A stretch of 64,000 nucleotides of DNA from Macrostomum lignano (GCA_002269645.1 NIVC01002777.1:1-64000), one strand, 5' to 3'; positions 51,715 through 63,258 are shown, counted from the stretch's first letter. Numbers and translations are program-made. The notes: generated from the sequence alone by a model not told the origin.

Positions 51715-54153
51715 ATGTATAAATGTCAGTTTTGTTCTGTTGTTAGTAGTGATATATTTAAATTATTAACTCACATAAAATGTCATCATTCGTTTGGCTG
51801 CAAGTGGTTTAAATGTCCTGCTAAAGATTGTTTCCATTCTTGCACATCTATTGAGTCACTAAGAGCACATGCTAAAAGGGTTCATACAGTATCATCAGAA
51901 TCAATTAATCAAGCAAATATAGACACTCGACCCATAGACATAGGCATAGACTCAGCTAATGTACCTGGGACCTCATCTACTAATGATAGTATAAATGTTG
52001 ATTTAGCCAATGGTGATGATGTTCTTAATCAAAGCAGTGAAGAGTGTCGTGAAAAACTGAAGCAGGAATTGGCTTTAAATTTTGTATATTTTTATTTAAA
52101 AGCAAAGGATTTTTTTATTGTTTCTAAGCATAAGTCTATGCAACTAAGCCTATTAGTTAAGGAAATAGTGACTGAATTTGCAAGCAATTATTTTAAACTA
52201 TTTAAACAGTTTTTAAAGGAGTTTTACCCAGCATTACTTACAGGAAACTTTTTGGAATTACTTGACCTACAAGAAATGATTGATATATCTTTAAGTGATC
52301 TATTAAATGATAGAAAGATATTAAATATTTTAAAAACTGATTTCAATCTAGTGCAACCCACTGAATATATTGATAAAGAAACACAACGAAAAATACAGTA
52401 TGTTTCTATTGCAGAAACACTGAAATCAGTTATAAAGAATGAACATCTATTAAAATATATTTTGCAAGTTGATAAAACTAATAGCTGTTTCTTTAATTCC
52501 CATTATTATTATTCATATATATATCCAATGGCTAAAGAAGGAATATATTTAAAGTTGTATTCTGATGAAATAGAAGTATGCAATCCAATAGGTTCTGCTA
52601 AGACAAGACATAAGCTATTTGTTATTTATTTTAATATTTTAAATATCCCTGACTATGTTAATTCATCCTTAAATCTATGCTTCCTTAATATGATATGTAT
52701 AGATAGTAATATTAAAGCACTTGGTCTCAACAAATGTATAGCACCTTTAGTTGCTGAGTTAAATGAATTGTACTTTAATGAATTGAGTATTAATGAAAAT
52801 ATAATGCTACCTGTATTAGCATGCTTTATGACTGGGGATAATCTTTCAATGAATCAATTTTTTGGGTTAAGAAAATGCTTTTCTAGTGGTCATATTTGTA
52901 GATATTGTACAATATCATTTCAAGATCTATGTAATATTGACATGGAAAATCTGAGTAAATTATTTAATTTCAATAGTCGAGATCATACCTCTATTATTGA
53001 TTCATCAGAGAGGCTTTGCCATGGGTTCGTTTCAACTTCTCTTCTTTTTGATGTGGCATATATTAGTTTACCATATTTTTTTCCACCTGATATAATGCAT
53101 GATATTCTAGAAGGAATCTCCCATATTGTAGTAGGACTGGTATTTGAATATGCAATAGATCAACTACATGTTAGTATTGATGAAATCAACTCTAGGCTTT
53201 CTAAAATCCCATCTATTTCATTTCCAACAGTAACTAAATATAATGTTCGAAACTATCATTTAACATGTACAGCTAGTCAAATGATGCACTTATTACAATA
53301 TTTTGGTATTTTATTTGGCAATTTGTTTGATACTAAGAATGAAGTATGGGAATTGTATATATATCATCGCTTATTTATAGATATTATTTTTGCACCAATA
53401 TCTTGTAGCCAAACAATTAGTATAGACTATTTAAAGTTTTTAGTTGCAGCACAAATAGAACTTATATATAAGCTTGCAAAGGGTAATCCAAAATATAAAT
53501 GCAAATTGCATTATATATGCCATTATCCTTCTTTATTTTCTTTTTATAATGGTTTATATTATCTTTGGTCAATGAGAAGTGAAGCCCATCATCAAGTAGT
53601 AAAAGAAATTAGTAGAAAATCTAAGAATTATATTAATGTCTCATACACATGTGCAAAAAAGCTCCAAGTTCAAAAAGCTCTAACAATTAAGCACTTTGTG
53701 CCAATTGATTATAATTGTTCTCATTCAACAGCTGTTCAACTTAATTCTATTTTATTTCTTCCAGATCAAATTAAATTATGTGAAAAATTTAAAATCAAAA
53801 GAAGTGATATAGGCCACTTTTGCTTTTCTACTAATAGTCTCGTATATAAAGGTTTTCATTATAAGACTGCAACTACAAACAATCGATATGCTGTGCCGAT
53901 ATTATCTCAAGGAACATTATTATTCTTATTAATACACCAAATTTTGCAAATAAATAATAGGTGGGTTGTCGTTTGTAAGAAAATTGAATCTACATTTCAA
54001 TGTCATTTTAATTGTTATTTGTGTGTAGTTAGGAATGATAGTAATTGTTTTATTGCACCTGGGGATCATGTTAATCATCAACCTATACCACTATTCTGTT
54101 ATAATGGTCAATTATGTTGTGCACTAAAATATTCCCCTATTGTTGATGGTTAG
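51715..54153 (+). CDS. EnSpm/CMC-type transposase with two N-terminal C2H2 zinc fingers, 812 aa
   Basis: Zinc fingers CQFC...HIKCHH and CPAKDC...HAKRVH. Animal EnSpm motifs LYSDEIEVCNPIG...HK, GDNLS...FS...CRYC, PPDIMHDILEG and WSMRSEAHH (putative D-D-E triad with CxxC and DxxH). No stop codons. Confidence 0.88.
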   Translation: MYKCQFCSVVSSDIFKLLTHIKCHHSFGCKWFKCPAKDCFHSCTSIESLRAHAKRVHTVSSESINQANIDTRPIDIGIDSANVPGTSSTNDSINVDLANGDDVLNQSSEECREKLKQELALNFVYFYLKAKDFFIVSKHKSMQLSLLVKEIVTEFASNYFKLFKQFLKEFYPALLTGNFLELLDLQEMIDISLSDLLNDRKILNILKTDFNLVQPTEYIDKETQRKIQYVSIAETLKSVIKNEHLLKYILQVDKTNSCFFNSHYYYSYIYPMAKEGIYLKLYSDEIEVCNPIGSAKTRHKLFVIYFNILNIPDYVNSSLNLCFLNMICIDSNIKALGLNKCIAPLVAELNELYFNELSINENIMLPVLACFMTGDNLSMNQFFGLRKCFSSGHICRYCTISFQDLCNIDMENLSKLFNFNSRDHTSIIDSSERLCHGFVSTSLLFDVAYISLPYFFPPDIMHDILEGISHIVVGLVFEYAIDQLHVSIDEINSRLSKIPSISFPTVTKYNVRNYHLTCTASQMMHLLQYFGILFGNLFDTKNEVWELYIYHRLFIDIIFAPISCSQTISIDYLKFLVAAQIELIYKLAKGNPKYKCKLHYICHYPSLFSFYNGLYYLWSMRSEAHHQVVKEISRKSKNYINVSYTCAKKLQVQKALTIKHFVPIDYNCSHSTAVQLNSILFLPDQIKLCEKFKIKRSDIGHFCFSTNSLVYKGFHYKTATTNNRYAVPILSQGTLLFLLIHQILQINNRWVVVCKKIESTFQCHFNCYLCVVRNDSNCFIAPGDHVNHQPIPLFCYNGQLCCALKYSPIVDG

Positions 54154-54624
54154 TTTTTTCTTTAAGAACAATTTATATTAGTTAGTTGACAAAATTTGTC
54201 TATATGTCACTTTTAAAGCAAAAATATTTCAATCAATGTAAATAATGCATGTGGTAGTTTTGTTATGAGACTCCATGCAACCTGCAACATGTAGGCAGAA
54301 AAGAAGGCAGCTACTTTTTTCTTTGGTGTCCCAATTTGGATTTTTCAACTTGGTTTATGATGACTTCCTTTCATGGTTGTCTGACAGACACTTGAGTCCA
54401 AAGTGCTGTACCGGTTTTAACACTTTCAACGCCATAAAAGTTGTTTGCTGGCTACTTTCCCATTGTTTCAATATGTATATACCCATATGCAGTATAATAT
54501 GTATATACCTATAGTACTTCTATACTATTTTGTATGTTTTTAGTTGTCACTTATTGTACTTCTATTGTCTATTAGTATTTATGTAATATAATCCTTAGTT
54601 TCGAAGCATGGTACATTGCTACTA

Positions 54625-55152
54625 TTTCAATGAGACATGTTGCAGTAGCAGTCTTGGGCTAGTCAGTCATGAGATATGATGGAAAAGAACAAGCATTTGC
54701 TGACAAAGAGGGAAACTTTGTGTCTACAAGTCCCCACCCATGGCTATGCTGAACTGTTTCAATGAGACATGTTGCAGTAGCAGTCTTGGGCTAGTCAGTC
54801 ATGAGATATGATGGAAAAGAACAAGCATTTGCTGACAAAGAGGGAAACTTTGTGTCTATAAGTCCCCACCCATGGCTATGCTGAACTGTTTCAATGAGAC
54901 ATGTTGCAGTAGCAGTCTTGGGCTAGTCAGTCATGAGATATGATGGAAAAGAACAAGCATTTGCTGACAAAGAGGGAAACTTTGTGTCTATAAGTCCCCA
55001 CCCATGGCTATGCTGAACTGTTTCAATGAGACATGTTGCAGTAGCAGTCTTGGGCTAGTCAGTCATGAGATATGATGGAAAAGAACAAGCATTTGCTGAC
55101 AAAGAGGGAAACTTTGTGTCTACAAGTCCCCACCCATGGCTATACTGAACTG
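54625..55152. repeat. Four near-identical 132-bp tandem copies between the transposon ORFs
   Basis: Units start at 54625, 54757, 54889 and 55021. Confidence 0.95.
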
Positions 55153-55529
55153 TGTTAGTGAGGCATTGTTGGTTGCAATACTTGTGATGCTTATGAGCGG
55201 GTATACAGTCATTGAAAAAAATATGGATGCTCTGCTACTATGTCTTCAATTTTAAAACATGAAAGGTGCATACTTCTACTGATGTAATGTTGTTTGTGTA
55301 CCAATTTGCTGTTGAGGGGTCCTATATATACTGTATATTGAATTATGTATGTATTGAGTAATGTTTTCTACAGTAGCAGATTTGTATCTCACTGTTATTC
55401 TCCATGTACTGTATACTGGAATTAGAATTTGACATTCATTTGAGATGATGAAATAGATATGAGCACAATGTCTGTTTTGCCTGTGTTACCTATTAGATTT
55501 AATCATCTTCATATGTCAAATTCTAATTT

Positions 55530-57149
55530 ATGCTGCGAATCACCAATCGTGACGGTTCACGGAAGAGGCTAGTCAAGCCGTCCTCATTCAACCAGCTTCT
55601 TGAGCAGGGATGTGCAAAACTGGAGCTGGAGACTACCTGCGAGATTCAGGTTGTCACGGCAGATGGCTTTGTGGTGGATGATGACGACTTCCTGCCTGAC
55701 CTGGCAGCTAGCAAGACCGAGCTTATCTTCCTGCGTCAAGGGGAGGCTTGGGCACCTCCAGCACCAGCAGCTAGCAATGTGGCTACGCTGCCGAGTAATG
55801 ACGCTTCAGGAAGCGAGACTGCCGGCGACACAGCGCCTGACGATCAGACTGCAGCAGCCTCGACAAGTGCAGCTTCTGCTGAAGGAAGTAAGCCATGGCC
55901 ACTTCTTTACCGGCTGCCGCGGATGCCAGACTTGGATGAGGCGCTGCAAGATCTGCGTCGCAATCCGAAACGTGGCGAAGATTTTAAGATGAAAGCGACG
56001 TTTGTGAATACGTTTCTGAAGTACACGATAAATGACATCTTCCGGAACTACAAGTCAATGAGCAACCCATACCTATCCGCTGGTGAGATACGGGACGTTT
56101 GCAATGCAATTATTTCGACTTACCCGGGCCTCAGCGACACTTCACCAGATGGCCGTCAGTTTTGGCGGGTCAAGATTACTCGTCGACTGAAAGAGCTGCG
56201 CAGTAAGATCCTGCCGCAATGCAGCAGTCCCATTGTTTTAAACAGCCGGGAGAAGTTCGGACGCAAGCGTGTACCCTTGGACGCTGCAGAGAAGCGCGCC
56301 AATATTGAAGCAGCGGTGGTGGCAGATGACGGCGGTGATTCTGAAGAAGACGTTGACCCAGTCAAAGAGCCTGAAGAGAAGCGCCTCCTACTGGACCAGT
56401 CAGATGCTTGCAGTATTGCTAAGAGCGTCTACCTGGGCTCCTGCGAGATCGACGAGGTTCCACCAAGGCATGAGGAGGCCCGGAAGTCCCTCAACCAGAG
56501 CTTCAACCTAATGCAGATCAACGACGTCCTTGAAGCCATGAAGGATCTCTTCGCTGTCAGAATTTTGCGTTGCCAGGAACTAACCATCCAGGAGCAGGTA
56601 AACCTGTACAAGCCACTCGTCCTCTGCCCGGTCATCCTGCAGGAGGCCTACCTCATGATTGACACGTACAGAAGCAACGCCAAAACGGACTACATTCTGC
56701 CAGAGTCGCCAAGCGACATCGGCAAGAACATCCGCACAGCACTTCTTCAGCGTGTCTGGCCAAAGAGAATCACAATGAAAAACTACAAGATGTGCCAGCC
56801 TTTCCTGGTGGACACTGATGACGATGAGAAGAAGATTGCTGCAGCATTTTGCCTTCTTCTTGGCCGCACTGGCTGCAATCCATCAGTCGTTTTTTCGCCT
56901 GAGCTGCCCATCCACATCATTCAGCAGGGTGATGTCTGGCGCGGTGTCGCTATCAATGGAGCCGAGCTGCTTTTCGACTCCCCTGGAGACATCGTTGTCT
57001 GCTTCACCGCGTGCTTTGTGGCTTTCAATCTGCAGCATATCCCGTGCATTGAATCATTTCTGGAAGCCATTGAGGTTCTGTCGAAGCTCCGGAAGCGCAG
57101 CGCTGTTTCGCGGCGCCCTGCAAAAACTCTTCTCGATGCACTTGGCTAA
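55530..57149 (+). CDS. Transposon accessory protein with an N-terminal CIDE-N (CAD)-like domain, 539 aa
   Basis: Residues 1-76 (LRITNRDGSRKRLVKPSSFNQLLEQGCAKL...VVTADGFVVDDDDFLPDL...TELIFLRQGEAWAP) align by eye with the CIDE-N consensus (FRVxNxDRS...ASSLxEL...LVLEEDGTxVDxEEFF...LxKGQKW). The C-terminus (CFTACFVAFNLQH...FLEAI) resembles the second-ORF proteins of animal EnSpm elements. Confidence 0.8.
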   Translation: MLRITNRDGSRKRLVKPSSFNQLLEQGCAKLELETTCEIQVVTADGFVVDDDDFLPDLAASKTELIFLRQGEAWAPPAPAASNVATLPSNDASGSETAGDTAPDDQTAAASTSAASAEGSKPWPLLYRLPRMPDLDEALQDLRRNPKRGEDFKMKATFVNTFLKYTINDIFRNYKSMSNPYLSAGEIRDVCNAIISTYPGLSDTSPDGRQFWRVKITRRLKELRSKILPQCSSPIVLNSREKFGRKRVPLDAAEKRANIEAAVVADDGGDSEEDVDPVKEPEEKRLLLDQSDACSIAKSVYLGSCEIDEVPPRHEEARKSLNQSFNLMQINDVLEAMKDLFAVRILRCQELTIQEQVNLYKPLVLCPVILQEAYLMIDTYRSNAKTDYILPESPSDIGKNIRTALLQRVWPKRITMKNYKMCQPFLVDTDDDEKKIAAAFCLLLGRTGCNPSVVFSPELPIHIIQQGDVWRGVAINGAELLFDSPGDIVVCFTACFVAFNLQHIPCIESFLEAIEVLSKLRKRSAVSRRPAKTLLDALG

Positions 57150-57579
57150 CTGACATTTACAACTGATTTTCCACTTTCCCTTCCTATTTGTCTATTGTGT
57201 GTCGTCTTCTCCACTTTCACGTCTTGCAGATGCTACCTGTTCTTAAAGCTTGCCGTATTTTTCACTTTCCCTTCCTATTTGTATGTTGCGTGTAAGTGAC
57301 ACAATTTTGAATTAGGTGTTGTGTTGAATTATAGAACACGCCGCGTATTCTAATGGTTTTTTGCCATTGTGGCAATACATTATGCATAGTACAAAATTAG
57401 TAATATAATATAAGAATTGCAAACATCATTATCTTCGCAATTGCCAATACCTGATTAGCAAAGCCTGCAGATTGCTGCCTCCTACAACTCGTTTTTGGGA
57501 AATAGTATTCGCCTTTTTCATTTTTTCCTTTTGGCGGGCTCTTTCTGTATAATAAAAAGGAGCGTGAGCGACCTGAAAA

Positions 57580-57880
57580 AGTGGACCATTTTTCGGACCC
57601 CTCTTTTGAGGGTCCGTATATAGCGACGCTGCGGACCCTATAATGGACCCCTAAGAACGGACCATCGTGGACCTTTTTTCGGACCCCTCTTTTGAGGGTC
57701 CGTATATAGCGACGCTGCGGACCCTATAATGGACCCCTAAGAACGGACCATCGTGGACCTTTTTTCGGACCCCTAATTACGGACCTCCTTGAAAAACCGG
57801 ACCCCTATGGGTCCCTATATAGCGACGGACCGGACCCTAACTGCGGACCCTCGTCGGACCCTTTTTCGGACCTTTTAAAA
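57580..57880. repeat. Right subterminal repeat block of the transposon (86-bp unit, about 2 copies plus diverged parts, GGACC-rich)
   Basis: GGACCC recurs at 57595, 57681 and 57767 (86-bp period). Confidence 0.9.
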
Positions 57881-58124
57881 TTACAGTGTGCCTGGAGTTT
57901 GGCGAATGGCATTAATATGCTTTTGAGAGACCGTGTGGCTGGGACCCATAGATCTTCTTGAGTAAGCTCATAAGGTTGGTGAAATCTTCTCAAAGGAACT
58001 GAGTCAGGGGGGCGGTATCAGAAAGCGAATTATGCAGGGGAATTATAAAGGCTATAGCCTAGCCGCCTTGGCATCTTTTACTGCCTCCGGAGCTAATAAA
58101 AATCGGATTACGGGACAGTCGCAG

Positions 58125-58159
<35 letters not shown>

Positions 58160-60104
58160 CATGAGTCTATTTGGCGAATATGATGACTATCCTTAGTTCT
58201 CGATCAAGAGCTATGATATATTCATAACTATATAGCTAATGACTCGAGCAGTTATAGATCAGAAATTATTAGTAGGGGATGTACATATGAATACTTTACT
58301 CAGATGGGTTTGTAAGAACATACTAAACATTTTAGAGCAGATTTTCTAGTGTACACACAATGTCTGAAGCCGAACTGCGTGTTTGCCAAAATGCATTATA
58401 TAGTCTAATCCAAGTTCTCAATCAACCTAACATACACGTTACATGTATGTGTATGTTTGCTCAAAGAAATCGAACACCATGTGGTTGTGAGATCCACACT
58501 GTACCATATACATACTGTACGCTGTCGGAAACCTGGAAGCAGAATTCCATTTAATTGACTACATGTACGATTCCATTTTAATTTGAGTCTAAAACACATC
58601 GTTATTAAGATATAATTAATTAGCTGAAGTATATTTGTACATGTACGAGTTCTATGCTGCAGTTCATTTATTTAAAAACATAAATGTACATTTGATTGTT
58701 CTTCCAGTTGACATGCGATAGATACATTTAACACAGTTTTATTATTAGATTTAAATTTTTAGTCTTTCTTAGCTACAAGTGTATGGATTTTAACCCACAT
58801 TGTTGCATATACATGTACATATTATATGTAATCTTAATTACCGTCACTGCACTCAATTTGTAATAGACATTCAGGATGCAGCGCGCTATCAGTTGGTGCA
58901 TCACTTTGCCAAAATCAATTAAAATAAAAAATATCGAACACCCTACATGTAGACACGTAGTATAAATGCTATAGCGGTCCTTGGTAGTAAATGTAGATCT
59001 ACGTGTACTAGATTTTTCTCATCATAGCTCCGAAGATCGTTGAGTCGCAGCAGTGTTCATTAAGGGTCTCTCATCTGTTCAGATAACTACTTAATCAATG
59101 AAAACTCTACTCTTGTTGTACTCTTGTAATAATCTTGTTCTGTTCAATGTTTCCTGCTATAAACATCCGTAATAGAGTACAGTATCATACATAATATACA
59201 TGTATATGCCTCATCGCCAAAACGCAGAGTACTGTGGTAAAGTTGCGCGTCCGAGAAAAAGTAGAATTAAGAAGGTGAGCGCTATAATCTTTTATGCGAC
59301 ATGTTTCACCTTCTTAAAACGCAGTCGTTTGATGATAGTAGGTAAAGTAATGTAATTCTAGTGATCCCTACTAGTGAGTAAAATTAAAGATCCTGGTAGC
59401 CGCAGAATAAAATTTACTGACCACAGAATTGCGATTGTGTACTGTATTTTGTTTTCTATTTTTATACATCGATCAAGTCAGTAAATTAAACTTCTCAAAA
59501 CAGCACGTCAAACAGAGTCCGGAACAATGAGTACATTATGTAAAACAATATAAAAGCATGAAACAAAAATTATTTGATAATAACTCATAATATAGTCAAT
59601 AGAAGAACGAAAAGTAAACTAAATTTTAATAACTTACACGGGTACTTGACAAATATATTAGATCTTAAAATGTTTTCGTACATTTAAATCACAAAAATAA
59701 TCTGATTAAACGGAATATTAATATCGAATATATATTGATAGCACTGAGCTGTATATGCGTATGCGGTCGATTTATTTTTAAATATATAATATTAATAGTC
59801 TGTTACTGGGATAAATTCGCAGTCTTCATAAGACGCTTTAGTTTCAATAAATATGACAATTCAATACGTAATACAAATCAAAAAGTTAAAGTATAGCAAT
59901 CACAGTAACAGTATTGTATTGCTCTCAAAATTTTAGTTACTGGCACTCTACTGCACTGCCGTAGTGCAGTTTTGAAGTTTTGAAGCATAGAATTAGTCAT
60001 AATGCTTAATCAGGCCAAAGTCTCTTTAAAGTATTTATTTGTATTTAAATAGTTTATAGATTACTTTTCTGGAGTCTATATAATTTAAAACATAACTTGA
60101 CAAT

Positions 60105-60380
60105 CAGTGGCGGATCTAGAGTTTCATTTTGGGGGGGGGCGGTCCAAGTTTGGGGCGCCAACACGAGTGTAAAGGGCGCCAATTTTTAAGCTAGGGGGGC
60201 GCAAAAAATGCATTTGGGGCGAAAAATCAAGCTTAGGGGCGCAAAAAAAGACGTTTGGGGGCAAAGATCAAGTTTAGGGGGCGCAAATTTATGTTTTTGG
60301 GGGGCGCAATATGTTCGGTCAAGCTATTTTTGGGGGGGGGGGGCGGTCGCCCCCCCGCCCCCCCCCTAAATCCGCCCCTG
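60105..60380. mobile_element. 276-bp non-autonomous hAT-type MITE
   Basis: TIRs CAGTGGCGGATCTAG and (reverse complement) CAGGGGCGGATTTAG match at 13/15. Perfect 8-bp TSD TTGACAAT at 60097-60104 and 60381-60388. Internal GGGGCGCAA repeats. Confidence 0.9.
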
Positions 60381-61186
60381 TTGACAATTGCCAATATTTA
60401 AAATATTATTAGTATATATTCCAATTAAACTAAAATTAAATATCAAATGAACAAATTAAATAATTAAACTAAAGTAAAGACTATATAAAATTTTTTGTAT
60501 CAATCAATCCATTAAAAAGCCCATGTGTTCCTTTTGTTTTTGGTCAATAAATTATTTTAGACTTATTTTTTTATGAATAATATGAACAATAAATCAATGC
60601 CAATAGACAATAAACTTTAAACAAATAATTAACAATAAATTGAAATTGTAGTTCTTATAGAAGGCCCTAGACCTAGTATAGCAACTATTATAGGCCCTAA
60701 TAGATATTAGATGCTGGCTTAGCCTTATCCTAGATTCCTAGATGCATTCTGTGTACACTAAAAAAATTTGCCCATATATAGATATATTGTTGATAAACCA
60801 ATGGCAATGCAATTGCATAGACTTTATAGGCTGCATAAACTCATAGGCTCAAAAAATCATATTGTTGAAAACTGATTTAGCAACCACCATCACAAGCTCA
60901 AAAACTCACAAGCCCAAAAAACCACATCATCAAAAACTGATTTAGCAACCACCATCACAAGCTCAAAAACTCATATCGTTGAAAACTGATTTAGCAGCCA
61001 TTTATTAAAATTATATAAAAAGTAAACTTCTACTACTATGGTTTGTTTATAAAATAATATTGTTTTATTCTCCAGTTTTTTAAGCGATTAAGTGAAATAG
61101 AGCTAGTTAAATTTTTAAGCATCTTATCTCCTAAGTGAAAACAAAACTTAACTTATATAAGGCAGCATAATACTATATTATTGTAC

Positions 61187-61764
61187 TGTGGCGGAGAGCC
61201 TGATTGCAGCGCATGGGCATTTTGGCGGACGGCGTCCGGCGCGGATCTAATACGGCGTGGCGCGGCGCGTACGGCGTGCGGCGATTAGTACGGCGCGGCG
61301 CGGTACTAATTAGATGCCAAGGCATTTAGGCTTGATAAGACAGTCATAGTTACTCCTGCCGTTTACCCTTTAGGGTTTTGCTTTTGTTAATTTTGCTTTA
61401 GGGTTTCTTTCACAGGTAAGTCATTTCACAGCGTGGCGCAGGTTGTGTAGGCGTCTGGCGTACTTAAGCCATGCGCTGCAATAGGGGCGGAGAGTACACT
61501 CTGCCCCCAGACAGTCTGTCCCCCAGCGTCCGGTGCATTGTCTTAGCAGGGATGTGTCATCCACCTCTGTGTGGCATAGACCAAGCCAATTTAGTTGGCT
61601 CAACCTCTGTGGGATCTGTGTGTCTGGGGGCTGGGGTTACAAAGACTCATATTGCGCTGGCCTACCAGAAGGCTCTTTATATCCCCAATCCATGCTTCAC
61701 ATTTTTTCCACTCTGCAAAATACACTCCATGTGCAATACATAGCAAGTTTTGTCAGGCGCTACA
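61187..61764. mobile_element. Possible solo LTR
   Basis: GC-rich 578-bp block in AT-rich DNA. Starts TGTGGCG and ends CGCTACA (6/7 inverted match). Flanks GTAC/ATAC would be an imperfect 4-bp TSD. Confidence 0.4.
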
Positions 61765-63258
61765 ATACTGTGCTATTATGTAATTTAGATATAAACTTTT
61801 TTTCTTTCATTTACTTTGTACTGTATTATAATGTAATTCAGATATAAACTTTCTTTATTTCATTCACTAAGTTAAGTATAATATAGCTGTATTAATAGTA
61901 ATAGTTCTGTGACGTGGATATTTCCATTAATAACCTATAGTATACTGTACTATATACAATACTAAATTATAGTTTTCAATGTAGCTATAATAAGAACACA
62001 TTCAATATACTCAAAAAAGAACAATAGCTTGCAATTCCATAGATAAATGTACTATACAATCATAAAGCAGTCCAAAAGATGAAACAAGTGAACAAATTAA
62101 TGGTAGCTAAATTGTTTGTTATAGTCAATCACCACATAACCTCCACAGGTGGCACAATCCAATCTGAGGCTGCTGGTCATTTAGCTATCCAGCCATTTTT
62201 AGTTGTAGCATGTTATCTTTGTTGTTAGTATTACTTCGTTTTTCAACTACCTTTTCAAATGTAGCTTTAGTTGTACTTCCTAATTTGATGATGATGCTTA
62301 AAATCAATGATAAAATCAAATCTTAAAACAATGATCCTTAAAATACAAAATTGAGACCATTAAATAAACTTGTCAGAGTGGAGCTAGGTTACCAAAGAAG
62401 AGTTTAAAAAAGGGCAGTCAGTACAAAGATGCCAGTTTTTGGAAGATTTCTGCCATTGTTTCAGTCTTCACCATTCTAAGTTTATTTATTATTACCAATT
62501 GTCCTTCATACAATACTATTCAAATTTATGTTGTATGGACTAAATTTGTCCTAAAATATCCAATACAATGTGTTGGTGGCAGCTAAATCAGTTTTTAAAG
62601 ATGTGATTTTTCATGCTTGTGACTTTTTGAGCTTTTGTTGCTAAACTTTTCGGCGATGTGAGCTAAACTTTTCGACAATGTGAGTTTTTGAGCTTATGAC
62701 TTTTCGAGCTTGTGATGGAGCCCTGTTTCGATGATTTGATTTTTCGAGCTTGTGATGGCAACCCATTTCAATTGCGCAAATAGCTATTAGATTAGGAAAT
62801 CTATGCTATTATCTATTGTAGATATAGTGAAACATTTAAAAAATATCTTTTTTGAAAATACATAATGTATGTTTACTATATATACTATTTATAAAGTTCA
62901 CAGCATAATAACTTAAAGATGCGACCATTTTACTTAATTAAGTTTTTATCAATTTATCAATTTCATTAGAACTAAAATAGTTTATTATAAATATATATGG
63001 ATGAATGCAGTTGTGTTTAAGTAATTAGCCAATTTGTATATTTAAATTAATTTAATTTCTAGTCAGAGGCTGGAGCATATCTAGGATTTTTTGGAGTAAT
63101 GGCTGACTTATTTGACCATTTTGATATGCCATAAATGCTACTCCACTAGAAATCTAAGGTTATAACAATCAAGCATTGTACTCTATTCATGGCTATCCCA
63201 GTCAGTATTGCATGTGCTAGTAAATAAACTGATTATTGGCAGCAGTAGCAGCAGCACC

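Larger units (their letters stand above)
51199..57888 (+). mobile_element. Full-length CACTA/EnSpm (CMC) DNA transposon, 6,690 bp, two ORFs
   Basis: Left end CACTGTAAATCATAAGGGTCCG; right end reverse complement CACTGTAATTTTAAAAGGTCCG. TG dinucleotide duplicated on both sides (51197-51198 and 57889-57890). Many subterminal GGACC(C) motifs. Encloses an intact transposase ORF. Confidence 0.92.

Noticed and set aside
58993-59011. Helitron 3' end (GTAGATCTAC palindrome followed by CTAG)
   Set aside because: CTAG is followed by A rather than T, the hairpin is short and AT-rich, and no 5' TC end or Rep/helicase was seen.
59267-59317. Hairpin with a 12-bp perfect stem (TTAAGAAGGTGA/TCACCTTCTTAA) as a pre-miRNA
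   Set aside because: The stem is too short, the loop is 27 nt, and pairing does not extend.
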